Shown here: positions 49,395 through 60,925 of the stretch, in pieces
Layout: each line of letters starts with the position of its first letter
Numbering within the stretch: position 1 is the first letter of the stretch
NCBI GenBank assembly: GCA_963514005.1
Contig: OY740797.1
Span: forward strand, 42,656,001 to 42,720,000
Direction of reading: 5' to 3'
Source of the DNA: Raja brachyura
Lineage: Eukaryota
DNA length: 64,000 nt
Notes under the pieces: model-generated
Database searches by the model: none
The model's input: only the letters and a program-made list of their open reading frames with translations
What the model was told of the DNA's origin: nothing
Position numbers and translations under genes: made by a program

Positions 49395-49640
49395 TGCACT
49401 CCACAATTCGGGCCTTTATGGAAGAGTGGAAAGAAGAAAGCCATTGTTGAAACAAAGCCATAAGAAGTCCCGTTTGCAGTTTGCCACAAGCCATGTGGGG
49501 CACACAGCAAACATATGGAGGAACGTGCTCTGGTCTGATGAGACCAAAATTGAAGTTTTTGGCCTAAATCCAAAACGCTATGTGTGGCGGAAAACTAACA
49601 CTGCACATCACCCTGAACACACCATCCCCACTGTCAAACA
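49395..49640 (+). mobile_element. 246-bp internal Tc1 transposase fragment duplicating 51103-51348
   Basis: 4 mismatches in 246 bp by eye; no TIRs. Confidence 0.92.
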
Positions 49641-49764
49641 AATTGGAAGACCAAATCAATGTTAAAATGTAAAATTACTCCATGAGGCAGCAAATTAGTG
49701 AATTTAAATTAAGTCTTAGTATTAACAAGATATCGCAATTTGGTTAGGCATCGCATAAATCTTA

Positions 49765-49895
49765 AGTCATAGAGTGCAGCCGTGTGGAAACAGGCCCTTC
49801 GGCCCAAATTGCCCACACCGGCCAACATGGTCCATTTACACTATTCTCACCTGCCGGCGTTTGGTCCATATCCCCCCAAACCTGTCCTATCCATG
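49765..49895 (-). mobile_element. CR1 3' end
   Basis: gtcatagag..ggaaacaggcccttcggcccaa. Confidence 0.8.
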
Positions 49896-50791
49896 TTAGT
49901 GTGTTTAAACCAGCAGTGGATTTGAGAAGTCATTTTGTCTGATCATTTGTATAAAACCATAGATGTGTTTCTTGCACGCATCAATGCATAACTCCATAAG
50001 AAATAGTGAAGAAAGGAAATCTCTTGCTGCCTACAAAATTTGGAGAAATTCATTGCCATTGAGCCATGCTGTCATCATGCACCCAGAGGCCACAACCTAC
50101 TGCTATTCACATTATATAGAATGGTGAAGAAGGTTTATGGTAAAGTTTCCTTTCGTGGGTCAGGGCACTTAGTATAAGACTCAGGAATTCACGATGCAGA
50201 CTTCCAAGACTTTAGTTAGGCTGCATTTGGAGTATTATGTACAGTTCTGGCCGCCCCATTACAGGGAGGATGGGGATGATTTGAAAAGGATGCAGAAAAG
50301 GTTTACCAGGATGCCGCCTGGATCAGAAGGCATTAGCTATAAACAAAAGTTGGACAAACTTATATTGTTCTCTCTGTAGCGTCGGAGGTTGAGGGGAGAC
50401 TTGATAGAAGTACAGTGGCTTCCAAAAGTTTTCATACCCCTTGAACTTTTCCACATTTTGTCACGTTACAACCACAAACGTAAATGTATTTTATTGGGAT
50501 TTTATGTGATAGACCAACACAAAGTGGCACATAATTGTGAAGTGAAAGGAAAATGATACATGGTTTTCAATTTTTTTTACAAATAAAAAACTGAAAAGTG
50601 TGGCGTGCAAAAGTATTCAGCCCCCTTTACTACAATACCGCTAAATAAAATCCAGTGCAACCAATTGCCTTCAGAAGTCACCTAATTAGTAAATAGAGTC
50701 CACTTGTGTGTCATCTAATCTCAATATAAATACAGCTGTTCTGTGAAGGCCTCAGAGGTTTGTTAGAGAACATTAGTGAACAAACAGCATC

Positions 50792-52680
50792 ATGAAGCCC
50801 AAGGAACACACCAGACAGGCCAGGGATAAAGTTGTGGAGAAGTTTAAAGCAGGTTTAGGTTATAAAAAAATATCCCAAGCTTTGAACATCTCACGGAACA
50901 CTGTTCAATCCATCATCCGAAAATGGAAAGAGTATGGCACAACTGCAAACCTACAAAGACATGGCCGTCCACCTAAACTGACAGGCTGAGCAAGGAGAGC
51001 ATTGATCAGAGAAGCAGCCAAGATGCCCATGGTAACTCTGGAGGAGCTGCAGAGATCCACAGCTCAGGTGGGAGAATCTGCCCACAGGACAACTATTAGT
51101 CGTGCACTCCACAAATCGGGCCTTTATGGAAGAGTGGCAAGAAGAAAGCCATTGTTGAAACAAAGCCATAAGAAGTCCCGTTTGCAGTTTGCCACAAGCC
51201 ATGTGGGGCACACAGCAAACATATGGAGGAACGTGCTCTGGTCTGATGAGACCAAAATTGAAGTTTTTGGCCTAAATCCAAAACGCTATGTGTGGTGGAA
51301 AACTAACACTGCACATCACCCTGAACACACCATCCCCACTGTTAAACATGGTGGTGGCAACATCATGCTGTGGGGATGCTTTTCTTCAGCAGGGACAGGG
51401 AAGGTCAAAAAGGTCAAAAGAGTTTATTGTCATGTGTCCCTGACAGGACAATGAAATTATTTCTTTGCATAGTACAACAGAACATACTAAGCATTGACTA
51501 CAATTATATATGTAAATACACACATTAATTAATAAATTAATAAAGTGCAAACAACAGATGGAGGGATATTAATGTCCATGTTTTGTCCGAGCCAAGTTTA
51601 ATAGCCTGATGGCTGTGGGGAAGTAGCTATTCCTGAACCGGGTTGTTGCAGTCCTCAGGCTCCTGTATCTTCTACCCGAAGGTAGCAGGGAGATGACTGT
51701 GTGGCCAGGGTGGTGTGGGTCCTTGATGATGCTGCCAGCCTTTTTGAGGCAGCGACTGTGGTAGATCCCCTCGATGGAAGGAAGGTCAGAGCTGATGATG
51801 GACTGGGCAGTGTTTACTACTTTTTGTAGTCTTTTCCTCTCCAGGGTGCTCAAATTGCCAAACCAAGCCAAGATGCAACCGGTCAGCAAGCTCTCTACTG
51901 TGCACCTGTAGAAGTTAAAGAGAGTCCTCCTTGCAGACCAACTCTCCGTAATCTTCTCAGGAAGTAGAGGCGCTGATGAGCTTTCTTAATAATTGTATCT
52001 GTATTCTCGGACCAGGAAAGATCTTCACAGATGGCCACGCCCAGGAATTTGAAACTCTTGACCCTTTCAACCATCGACCCGTTGATATAAATAAGACTGT
52101 GGGTCCCCATCCTACTCCTTCCAAAGTCCACAATCAGTTCCTTGGTTTTGCTGGTGTTGAGGGCCAGGTTGTTGTGCTGGCACTAAATGGACAGTTGCTC
52201 GATCTCTCTTCTATACTCTGACTCATCCCCATCAGTGATACGTCCCACAACAGTGGTGTTGTCAGCGAAGCTGGTCAGAGTTGATGGGAAGATGGATGGA
52301 GCCAAATACAGGGCAATCTTGGAAGAAATCCTGTTAGAGTCTGCAAAAGACGTGAGACTGGGGTGGACGTTCACCTTCCAGCAGGGCAACGACCCTAAAC
52401 ATACAGCCAGAGCTACAATGGAATGGTTTAGATCAAAGCATATTCATTTGTTAGAATGGCCCAGTCAAAGTCCAGACCTAAATCCAATTGAGAATCTCTG
52501 GCAAGACTTGAAAATTGCTGTTCACAGATGCTCTCCCTCCAATCTGATTGAGCTTGAGCTATTTTGCAAAGAAGAATGGGCAAAAATTCTCTAGTCTCTA
52601 GATGTGCAAAGCTGGTAGAGACATACACCAAAAGACTTGCAGCTGTAATTGCAGCGAAAGGTGGTTCTACAAAGTATTGA
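50792..52680 (+). pseudogene. Tc1 transposase pseudogene
   Basis: MKPKEHTRQARDKVVEK..GRPPK, WSDETK, QQGND (second Asp lost), SPDLNPIENLW, AAKGGSTKY*; stop at 50987-50989, LINE insertion, frameshift near 52590. Confidence 0.93.
51404..52266 (-). mobile_element. Rex1/Babar LINE 3' portion inserted in the transposase
   Basis: FADNTTVVGRIT, FKFLGV..DLSW..KKAHQRLYFLRRL, IIKDPHHPGH..LLPSGRRYRS..FPTAIRLLN; AATAAA plus (tttgacc) tail; GAAG at both junctions. Confidence 0.9.
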
Positions 52681-53699
52681 CTCAGGGGGGCTGAATACTT
52701 TTGCACCTCACACTTTTCAGTTTTTTATTTGTAATAAAATTTGGGAACCATGTATCATTTTCCTTCCACTTCACCATTATGCACCACTTTGTGTTGGTCT
52801 ATCACATAAAATCCCAATAAAATACATCTACATTTGTGGTTGTAACGTGACAAAATGTGGAAAAGTTCAAGGGGTATGAATACTTTTGCAAGCCACTGTA
52901 TATGAAATTATGAGAGGCATAGGAAGGATTGAGAAAACATTTTTCCCGGGGTGGAAATGTCAAAGACCAGAAGGCATAGCTTTAAGGTGAAAGGGGCAAC
53001 GTTTAAAGGCGATGTACAGCGCAAGTCTTTTTTACACAGACAGCGGTGGATGCCTGGAAAGCATTGCCATGGGTGGTGGTGGTGGTGGGGGTAGATGCAA
53101 TAGTGGCATTAAGAGTCACGTGCATATGCAAGGAGTAGAAGAAATAGAAAACAGGTGCAGGAGGAGGCCATTCGGCCCTTCGAGCCAGCACCGCCATCTA
53201 TTGTGATCATAGCCGATATGAATCATTAGTTTGGCATGGCATCATGTTTGGCACAGACTTTGTGGGCATATGGGCCTGTTCCTGTGCTGTAATTCTTGTA
53301 TGTTCCATGATAACAATCACCTCATTAGCTCCACAATCCAAACTGCCAATTGTTCAGTGTAATTAATCATTTGCAAAGTGACCTAAGAATCATTTTACTG
53401 CAACAAAACAGTCCCCAGAGAACATATTATATTTGGGAATCAAAGGTGCATTAGTGCCAATGCATGTTTTGTTTTGAGACATGACCCTCCAAAATGTCAT
53501 GACTTGCAAGGTGCAAGACATCATACACTATAGAATACAAAGTGCATTTAAGGAATAAATACCCATTTATTTAAGGGCATCTAGACATCTGCAGTTCCTT
53601 CCTGCATGCCACAAATAAAGGTACATTTAACGACAATATAATAAATGGTCATTTATACCAGGTAAAGCAGACATAATATGGCAGGCTGAAATATATAGT

Positions 53700-53920
53700 G
53701 ACAACTGTATAAAGTCCAGAGTAGATTGTTGCCAAGGTTGAGTAGTGGTTAGGGTTGTTCTGTGTGGTTCAGAAGCAGTTCTTCACCCTGGAGCCAATAG
53801 TTCTCTGGCTCCTGTATCTTCTTCCTAATGGTAGCAGCAAGATGCAAACATGGGCAGGGTGGTGTGTGTCTTTGAAATTAGTCGGCATGTTGAGGCAACT
53901 CTGCCTGCAGACTCCTTCAA
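53700..53920 (-). mobile_element. Degenerate Rex1/Babar 3' fragment
   Basis: FKDTHHPAH..LLPLGRRYRS. Confidence 0.7.
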
Positions 53921-54291
53921 AGGCCTCTCCTTCGGGTGCTTTGCTCTTCAAGGGTATAGGTCGCAGGTTAGGGCGTAATGGCGAGAGGCGGGAGAGGTGC
54001 GGAGTGGTGGAAGACCACCAGTCGTAGGCATCATGATCAGTTTCAGAGACCCAGATCAGTGTCATGGCAATCAGCTGATGGTATGTGGTCTAATGATCTG
54101 GGACATTGGAGACGGTAATGCCAGAGGTGGGAGGAGAAGGTGTCAGGCTTGTGCTCTGTACTAGGAAACAACTGGAAATTGGGAAGGAGCAGGATTTAGC
54201 TGAAGCTCATTTAATGTATGAAGGTTAGGATTGTGGTGAATGGTAAAAATGAGGAAAGAGGTTCAAAAATGAGGACTGAGGTGGGGGAATA

Positions 54292-55125
54292 CCAGATGGT
54301 GTTGTGAGTGCCAGCCTCGCCAACAGCCTGTTTTATTTGTATGTTTTAGTGTATCTTTAGTTTTGTATTATGTGGGGGGCAGGGGGAACTTTTTAAAATC
54401 TCTTCCCTCGAAGGACAAGTGACTTTTCCCGTATCGTATCTCCGTCTGCACTGTGGCCTAACATCGTGGAGCTGGCGGCCTCTTTGTTAAGGTTCCACTT
54501 CGGGAGCTCCAACCGCAGGAGCTTCGACCGCCCTGATTGTGGGAGCCTCGATCGCCCCGTTGTGGGGGCTTCGATCGATGACTGCGGGAGCTTTGATCGC
54601 CCCGACTGCGGATGTTTCGATTGCCCCGACCGAGGAAGAAAAGGAGGAAGAAGGTAAAAGGTATTTGCCTTCCATCGCAGTGGGGAATGTGAGGTCTCCC
54701 TGACTAACAAGATGGACGTGCTGCCTGTGCTGGTGAGGACACGGAGGGAGTGCCGTGAGTGCCGTGAGTGCCGTGAGTGCCGTGATCTCGGTGTTTGCAG
54801 GGACATCACACCATGAGAACATTCCGGAGTTTAGTGGGACTGTGGATGACTTTCTGACTGTTCGGGCGGACTGGGACTGCAGAGAGAGTGACAGCGGTCG
54901 ATCCAACTCACGGTGAAGGAGTATGTGCGTGGCCCAGACATTGAACTGATGACTGTGGGTCTCTGCTTATACTGTGTGCCCTGGGGATCCTCACACGCTG
55001 CTGTGGTGGCTGTTTATGTTAAAAATGTTATGTAGTTTTGTATCTTGTTTTTTTGGTATGACTGTGTGGTAAATCAAATTTCACTGTACCTTGGTACACG
55101 CGACAATAAAGGACCATTGACCCAT
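54292..55125 (+). mobile_element. Internally deleted, non-autonomous Rex1/Babar-type element
   Basis: CpG-rich 5' region with about 22-bp tandem units (gggagcttcgatcgccccgactgc), decayed APE start (LPSIAVGNVR..NKMD..VVAVY), then a LINE-like 3' end with AATAAA. Confidence 0.65.
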
Positions 55126-58100
55126 TGGTGATGGTGATTAAGGTTAATTTTAGATGTAGACTGATGGGTTTGTGGGGACTGAGGGAGAGCACATTTGGGA
55201 TTTAATTTAGATAGGATTAAAAAAAACTTTCCACCGCCATGGCTCCTTAAAAACTACCTTGGACCAAAGTTGAAAGGCATTTCCCAGACCCATTACACCA
55301 ACAATTCCTTCCACCCTTACAGGTGCTGCTCGACCCACTGAGTTCCTGCAGTAGGTTGCTCGTAGTCCAGATTCCAGCATTTGCAGTCCCTTGTGACTGA
55401 TCACTCGTCTCATAGTGTTGCTTGGAATTAGCTTTTATTTGATCAATCTTCTGACTCTTAAACACAAACAAGTCCTAATGATGTTATTTAGATCTTTGAA
55501 TGCACAAATGTAAATATAAGAATAACGGACCTTTTAATAGAACCTGACTTCATTGGCTGAGATAGCATTTGAAGTACCAATACCTAGTAGCAAAGACCTA
55601 CCAATTGAGGATATTTAAAGGTTATAGACATACTGTTGGGATTTTTTTCAGTGTAAGTTTCTTCTCCTTAAAGTAGAAGGAGGCAGGTAAAATAGGAGAT
55701 AGTCCATAATGGTGCGATGACTTGATGGGATGAATGGCCATATCCTGCCTTTCGACTTTCTGAAATATTCTTTTAAATTTCAGCTAAACCCATTACAACA
55801 CCACTTACCAGCATGTGAACCCAGAGAAAAATGCTGATTGGCCAAAGCAATTTTAGGTTGAACCTACAAGCAAGCTACCATCCGTGCAAAAATTATGGTG
55901 AAAAATCATAATATATTTTAAAAAAATGTAATTTCCACTGAGCAAAAAGCAGACTCAAATTAATTTCTCATCAGTACAGAAAAGATTACATTTAGCTTAT
56001 CTGTTTCATTGCTATTTTCATCTCACGCAGAATAACTCTGCATGACGTGTGAGCTTATTCTGCTCGCTATACAAGTGTTAATTATAAGTAAATTACCAAG
56101 CAACAGTTCAATCAACTGCATTAATTCAACATGAAGTGAATTATTGTGGCAGAAAATTTTAAAATGTGACTGAATTTTCAAATCACACCTCTAATTTTTT
56201 TTTAAAAAGCACTAACCCTCATAATGCAAGGAAATAATTTATGATCATGGTTGTGAGCTTAATAATTCCTTATGTCCATTTCTAATTTTAAACTCGTGCC
56301 ACCATTAACATAACCAAGTTACACGTCATACCTTTACCTTTAGCTGATACCTATTTAGCAATTATGAGGTGCTGCAGAAAAGCACTGGTATCCCTACAAG
56401 ACAACTTCATATGTTTTGTGCCTATTGTTTCTATATCACAATTAATGAGCTGTGTTATAATCATGCATTGTAGTATATCTTCAGCTATATTGGCGATACG
56501 ATGATATCATTATTTTTATTTTCCCCTCAATCGATCAAGTGTTTAAATAAATGCTGTAGGTTGCTTCCAATGCAATGCATTGCATAGAATAACAAAAAAA
56601 CACCAAGCTGTTTATGCAATGAAAAAATTGCTGGAGGTTTATGACATCATGATGGCCACTGGATTGAATTGCCACATTGTAACCCCAAACCAGCCATCCA
56701 TTATCTTGTATTTAAACATTCCAGATATATATTACAAAATCCAATTGATATTGACCAGTATTTACAACCTCTTTAGAAAGTGGCAGGAGATGTAAGTGTA
56801 AACATTCAAAGTGGCTTCATTCATTAACAGGGATGGTAAAGTCAATAATCCTCACGGAATATTTCACAACATTGGGTTCCGTTTGCGAAGAGTTCTCTGA
56901 AAGAAAATATTTTAACTGGAATTCAATCACAGGCGTATTTGTCTGGTTTGTTGAATAAAGCATCCTTACTGCTCTAATTGCATTGACTGTATTTCATTTG
57001 TATGCAACAAAATGTGTCGTAGCCATTCGAATTAATAAAGAAACACGTTGAAGTCCTCTAACTTTAAAAATGCCTTCCTTCATTTTTATAACAACAAATG
57101 CATTTCCTCTGACAAAGATAGCCAATAAGTGATGGTCAAAAATAGAATTGATACCAAACTGTGAGGCCTGAAAAAAAAAAATTAAAATAGGTGCATTATT
57201 TGAAAAAATAATGAAATTCTCTGAAAAATTCTAATCTGCTAATGGTTTGAGCTGCTAATCTGTAAATGTATGCAGCCGTTGATGCTGCTCCAGGAAAAGG
57301 TGACCTTGGGGATTAAAATGGCTTCAGGACACTAGTTCTAGCTGCAATTCTTATTGCATAGAAATGAAAAGAATGATATCGCCAGAGAGACAGTCAGGCC
57401 CATTGTGCTTAAAATGGAGGGTGAAAGGAATGACCAGATAGGCAGATGTGCATGCGTGTATGTGTGTGTTTGTGCGTGCATGTGTGTGTTTATGTGTTCA
57501 CCTTTGCACATTATTATCTTGCCTCTGTTTTTATCAATATTTTAAGAAGATGCATAGAGATAAATGAGCGCACCATATGTGCTTGAAATGTAGCTGTTAG
57601 TGTAAGCACGTGTCTTGATTTTGTTGCTATCGGACCTTACACATGTGGCACTATAGGTCAGCTTTATGTTATGCCTGAGTGTTTAGGCCGGTGGATAGTA
57701 TATGGGAAAAAAAATTAAATAGCCTCACACTTGCCCTCCACCCACAGAACGTGTTTAAATCCAGCCCAGACAATGATCTCCACAGCCACAGTGATTATTT
57801 TCAAGGGGCTTGAGTAAAATATTTTTTCAAGCTTAATCGTGTTCCCAGTGGACGCAAATGCACAGCAAGGCGCTGTTCTGAATTTTGACATTAATTGGTA
57901 TTAATTCAACAGACACGGAATGAGAAACCCCCAAGAACAGAAAGAATGCAAAATTATGTATCATTGTCAAGACGAAAGGGAGTGAGCCCAGTGGTGCTAT
58001 CAGCATGTCTCACACCCAGTGCCATCAGAAATCCAGCGACATTTGAGACAAAATCCTTGGAGATTCTGCCTCAAAATCTGTGGAGATCTTGCATGTCAAA

Positions 58101-58429
58101 TGAAACCCAGATAGTTTTGCTGATTTCAAGTTGCTTTTCATTGCTTTTCTCCAAAAGAAATATGAGCACAGGGAATTTTAACAAGGAAAACGTGAGTAAC
58201 ATTTTTTTTGTAAGTATTTTGAAACTTCAGGAACAGTCTCATGTTGCTGGCAAGAGTCCAAGGTGCAGTAACTCTGAGATGTTATCCAGATGGAACTGGT
58301 TAATTGAACTGGAGTGAGAGACAGACATATTTAGTGGAAAACATCTTCATGTTGTGGTCTGCTAAACACACCCAACCAATCATTTTCAGGCCTTGTCGTT
58401 CCGGCCTGATGAAGCATTCAGAATGGTTA

Positions 58430-59001
58430 AGGGGCGGTCCCACTGCGGCGACCTAATCACCGAGTTCTGGCGAGTTTGCCCTCGACTCATACCCGCAGCA
58501 TGGTCAACACGAGGTTCTAGGAGGTCTTTGTAACTCTGCTTCATGCTCGAGAGTAGTCCCCGCGTACTCGAGGCCTCAGCTAGGTCGCGCCGTATTTTTC
58601 AACATGTTGAAAAATGCCCGTGAGTAATAAAAGGTCGCCATGCAAAAAATGGATACTTTTTTTACTCGTAGGTTTAGTCGAAGTAGGTCGTAGTAGGTCG
58701 GCATGTTATTCGTAGGTAATTAGGGCAGTCAAAGGTAGTCGAAGGTAGTCGTAGATAGTCTTCAACATAGTCGAAGGGAGGTTGAAGGGAGGTCAAAGGA
58801 GATCTAAGGAGGTCGTCTTCACGCTCCACTATTCGGTGTCCAATTTTCCCAAAGCTTGTCAAAGCTAGTCTTCAACAAAGTCAAAGGAGGTCGAAGGAGG
58901 TCTTCTACATAGTCGAAGGAGGTCTTCAACATGACATTTTTTTAAATTCTCCTAAACTCTTCTAAACTCACGAATGAGCTCGCCGCAGTGGGACAGCCCC
59001 T
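58430..59001. mobile_element. MITE, Harbinger/PIF-like, long variant
   Basis: TIRs AGGGGCGGTCCCACTGCGGCGA / TCGCCGCAGTGGGACAGCCCCT; shares cgagtttgccc..gactcata..cgcagcatggtc with 39719-39988; internal GAAGGAGGTC repeats. Confidence 0.78.
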
Positions 59002-59069
59002 TTTAGTATTGAGGCAAAGTAAAAATAATAATATATTGGTACTGCAATTAGAATTGCATTACTGTAAAC

Positions 59070-60460
59070 ATGATGGGAGATTTTAATCTACATAGTGATA
59101 GGATGAACCAATCTAGAAAGGGTATTAGAGAAGAAGAGTTTGTGGAATATGCCAGGGATTGCCTCTTAGAACATGTACCTGGGAAAGAGCTATTTTCAAT
59201 TTAATCGTGGGGAATGAGGAAGGACTAACAAGGGATCCTGCGGTTAAAGATCACCTCGGAGATAGTGATCACAATGTGATGGAATTCCAAAAGCAGTTTG
59301 AGAGTGAAAACCACAGGACTAAACTTCAACTTAAATGAGAGCAATTCTAACGGGCAATTATAGAGTCAGGTCAGTGGACGAACAGTGGCAGATATTCAAA
59401 CTGCTGGTCCATAAAATCCATCAGGAATTTATTCCAATTAAGCAGAGGGATACCAAGAGAATGAGGTACAATCTGTGGTCAACAAAGGATGTCAAGGATA
59501 ATATTAAGTTGAAAAGTAAGGAAGGGTAGATGGTAGGTCAGAGGACTGGAATGTTATTAGGCTCCAGCAGTAAAGGAAGGAGAAAATTGATTTTTAGAAA
59601 AAACCTATAAACAGTAAGAGTTGCTCTGGATATGTAAACAAGAAAGTGGTGACTGAGGTCATTTGCGGATGAGGATGGTGAATTAATAACAGGAAACAAT
59701 CAAATGGTGGATATGTCACATCAATTGTTTGCATCAGTCTTCACCATGAGGACACTTCAAATATCCTTAAGAAAATAGATGGGATAATTTCAAATAGCAG
59801 TGAGGAACTTGTAAAAATCCCAATCACAAGGAATAACATATTAATGAAACTCACAAGGCTAAAGGTGGACACATTATTGGTTCCCGATGGCTTGCATTCA
59901 AGGGTTTTAAAGGAGACAAGAGTCAAATCAAGAGTGCTTCATTGTCATATGTCCTGGAACAGAACAATTAAATTCTTACTTGCAGCCGCACAACAGATAA
60001 AATATACAAACAATACTAATGCAAAGACAAAAAACAATACCCCCAAGTCTATTTAGTTTTGAGTTTATTTGGAGGCTGATGGTTGTCTGGAGGAAGTTGC
60101 TCCTGAACTTGGAGCTTAATGTTTTCAGGCTCCTATACTTTCCCCCAGGTGGCAAGAGTGTAATGAGAGTGTGGTTGGGGTGTGTGGCTTTCTAGGCTCA
60201 GCTGGCTGCCTTTTTGCTGGCACATGTAGATCTTTTTGATGGTGGGTAGGTCAGTAACTGCACAGGACTGGGAGACGTTCACCAGTGTGGACATTTTTTC
60301 AAAACTCACTAAACTTCAGGAGGTTACCAGCAGATTGGACAATAACCAATGTCAGTTCCTTGTTCAAAACGGGAGGCAGACAGTGATGGGAAGCTGTAGG
60401 TCAGATCATTTAACATCTATTCTTGGCATGATGCTAGAATCAAGAATAAAAAAGGAAATT
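59070..60460 (+). mobile_element. Old CR1 ORF2 (endonuclease to linker) with a Rex-like 3' fragment inserted at about 59917-60290 (-)
   Basis: MGDFNL, LGDSDHNVM, VPDGLHSRVLKE motifs. Confidence 0.7.
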
Positions 60461-60469
60461 ATTAATAGA

Positions 60470-60745
60470 AATGAGGTTGCAGGGGAAAGTACCTGGGGAG
60501 GAATTGGTTTATTGTGAAGGGAAGGAATTGCAGAGGGGGCCATATCTGCAGAGAGCAGAAAGGGGGGGAGATACGATGATGTGATTCACATTGGAGGTGA
60601 CGGAAATGACGGAGGATGATGTGTTGGATGCAGAGGCTGGTGGGGTGGAAGGTGTGGATCAGGGGAGCTCTGTTCTTGTTGAGTCTGGGGGAAAAAGTGA
60701 GCAAGAGCAGAACTCCTGAACATAGAAGAGACGCAGGTGAAGGGT
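60470..60745 (-). mobile_element. Degenerate Penelope linker fragment
   Basis: TFHPTSLCIQHIILRHFRHLQ. Confidence 0.75.
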
Positions 60746-60819
60746 CAATTTATGACAGCAGGTCATTGGTCATGATCACCAAACAATGAGAACATACATA
60801 CATGCATGACCTTATCCGA

Positions 60820-60925
60820 TAACGTCACTTATCTAATTTCTCCAGAGATGCTGCCTGACCTGCTGAGTTGCTCCAGCAATTTGTGTTTATCTCTGGTATA
60901 ATCCAGCATCTGCAATTCCTTTTTA
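60820..60925 (+). mobile_element. Penelope pseudo-LTR tail fragment
   Basis: aacgtcac..ctccagagatgctgcctgacctgctgag..ccagcatctgcaattcc. Confidence 0.7.

Larger units (their letters stand above)
50413..52898 (+). mobile_element. Tc1 (DD34E, IR/DR type) transposon, Passport-like, complete ends
   Basis: TA TSD at 50411-50412 and 52899-52900; about 213-bp TIRs starting CAGTGGCTT with inner and outer CAAAAGT.TTCA..CCCC repeats. Confidence 0.95.
50118..53305 (+). mobile_element. CR1 LINE hosting the Tc1 insertion
   Basis: KTLVRLHLEYYVQFWPPHY...; gatagaagTA | TAtatgaaattatgagagg rejoins as DLIEVYEIMRG. Confidence 0.88.

Noticed and set aside
52187-52594. ORF as a novel LINE-transposase fusion protein
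   Set aside because: Chance read-through from antisense LINE sequence into a catalytically mutated transposase half
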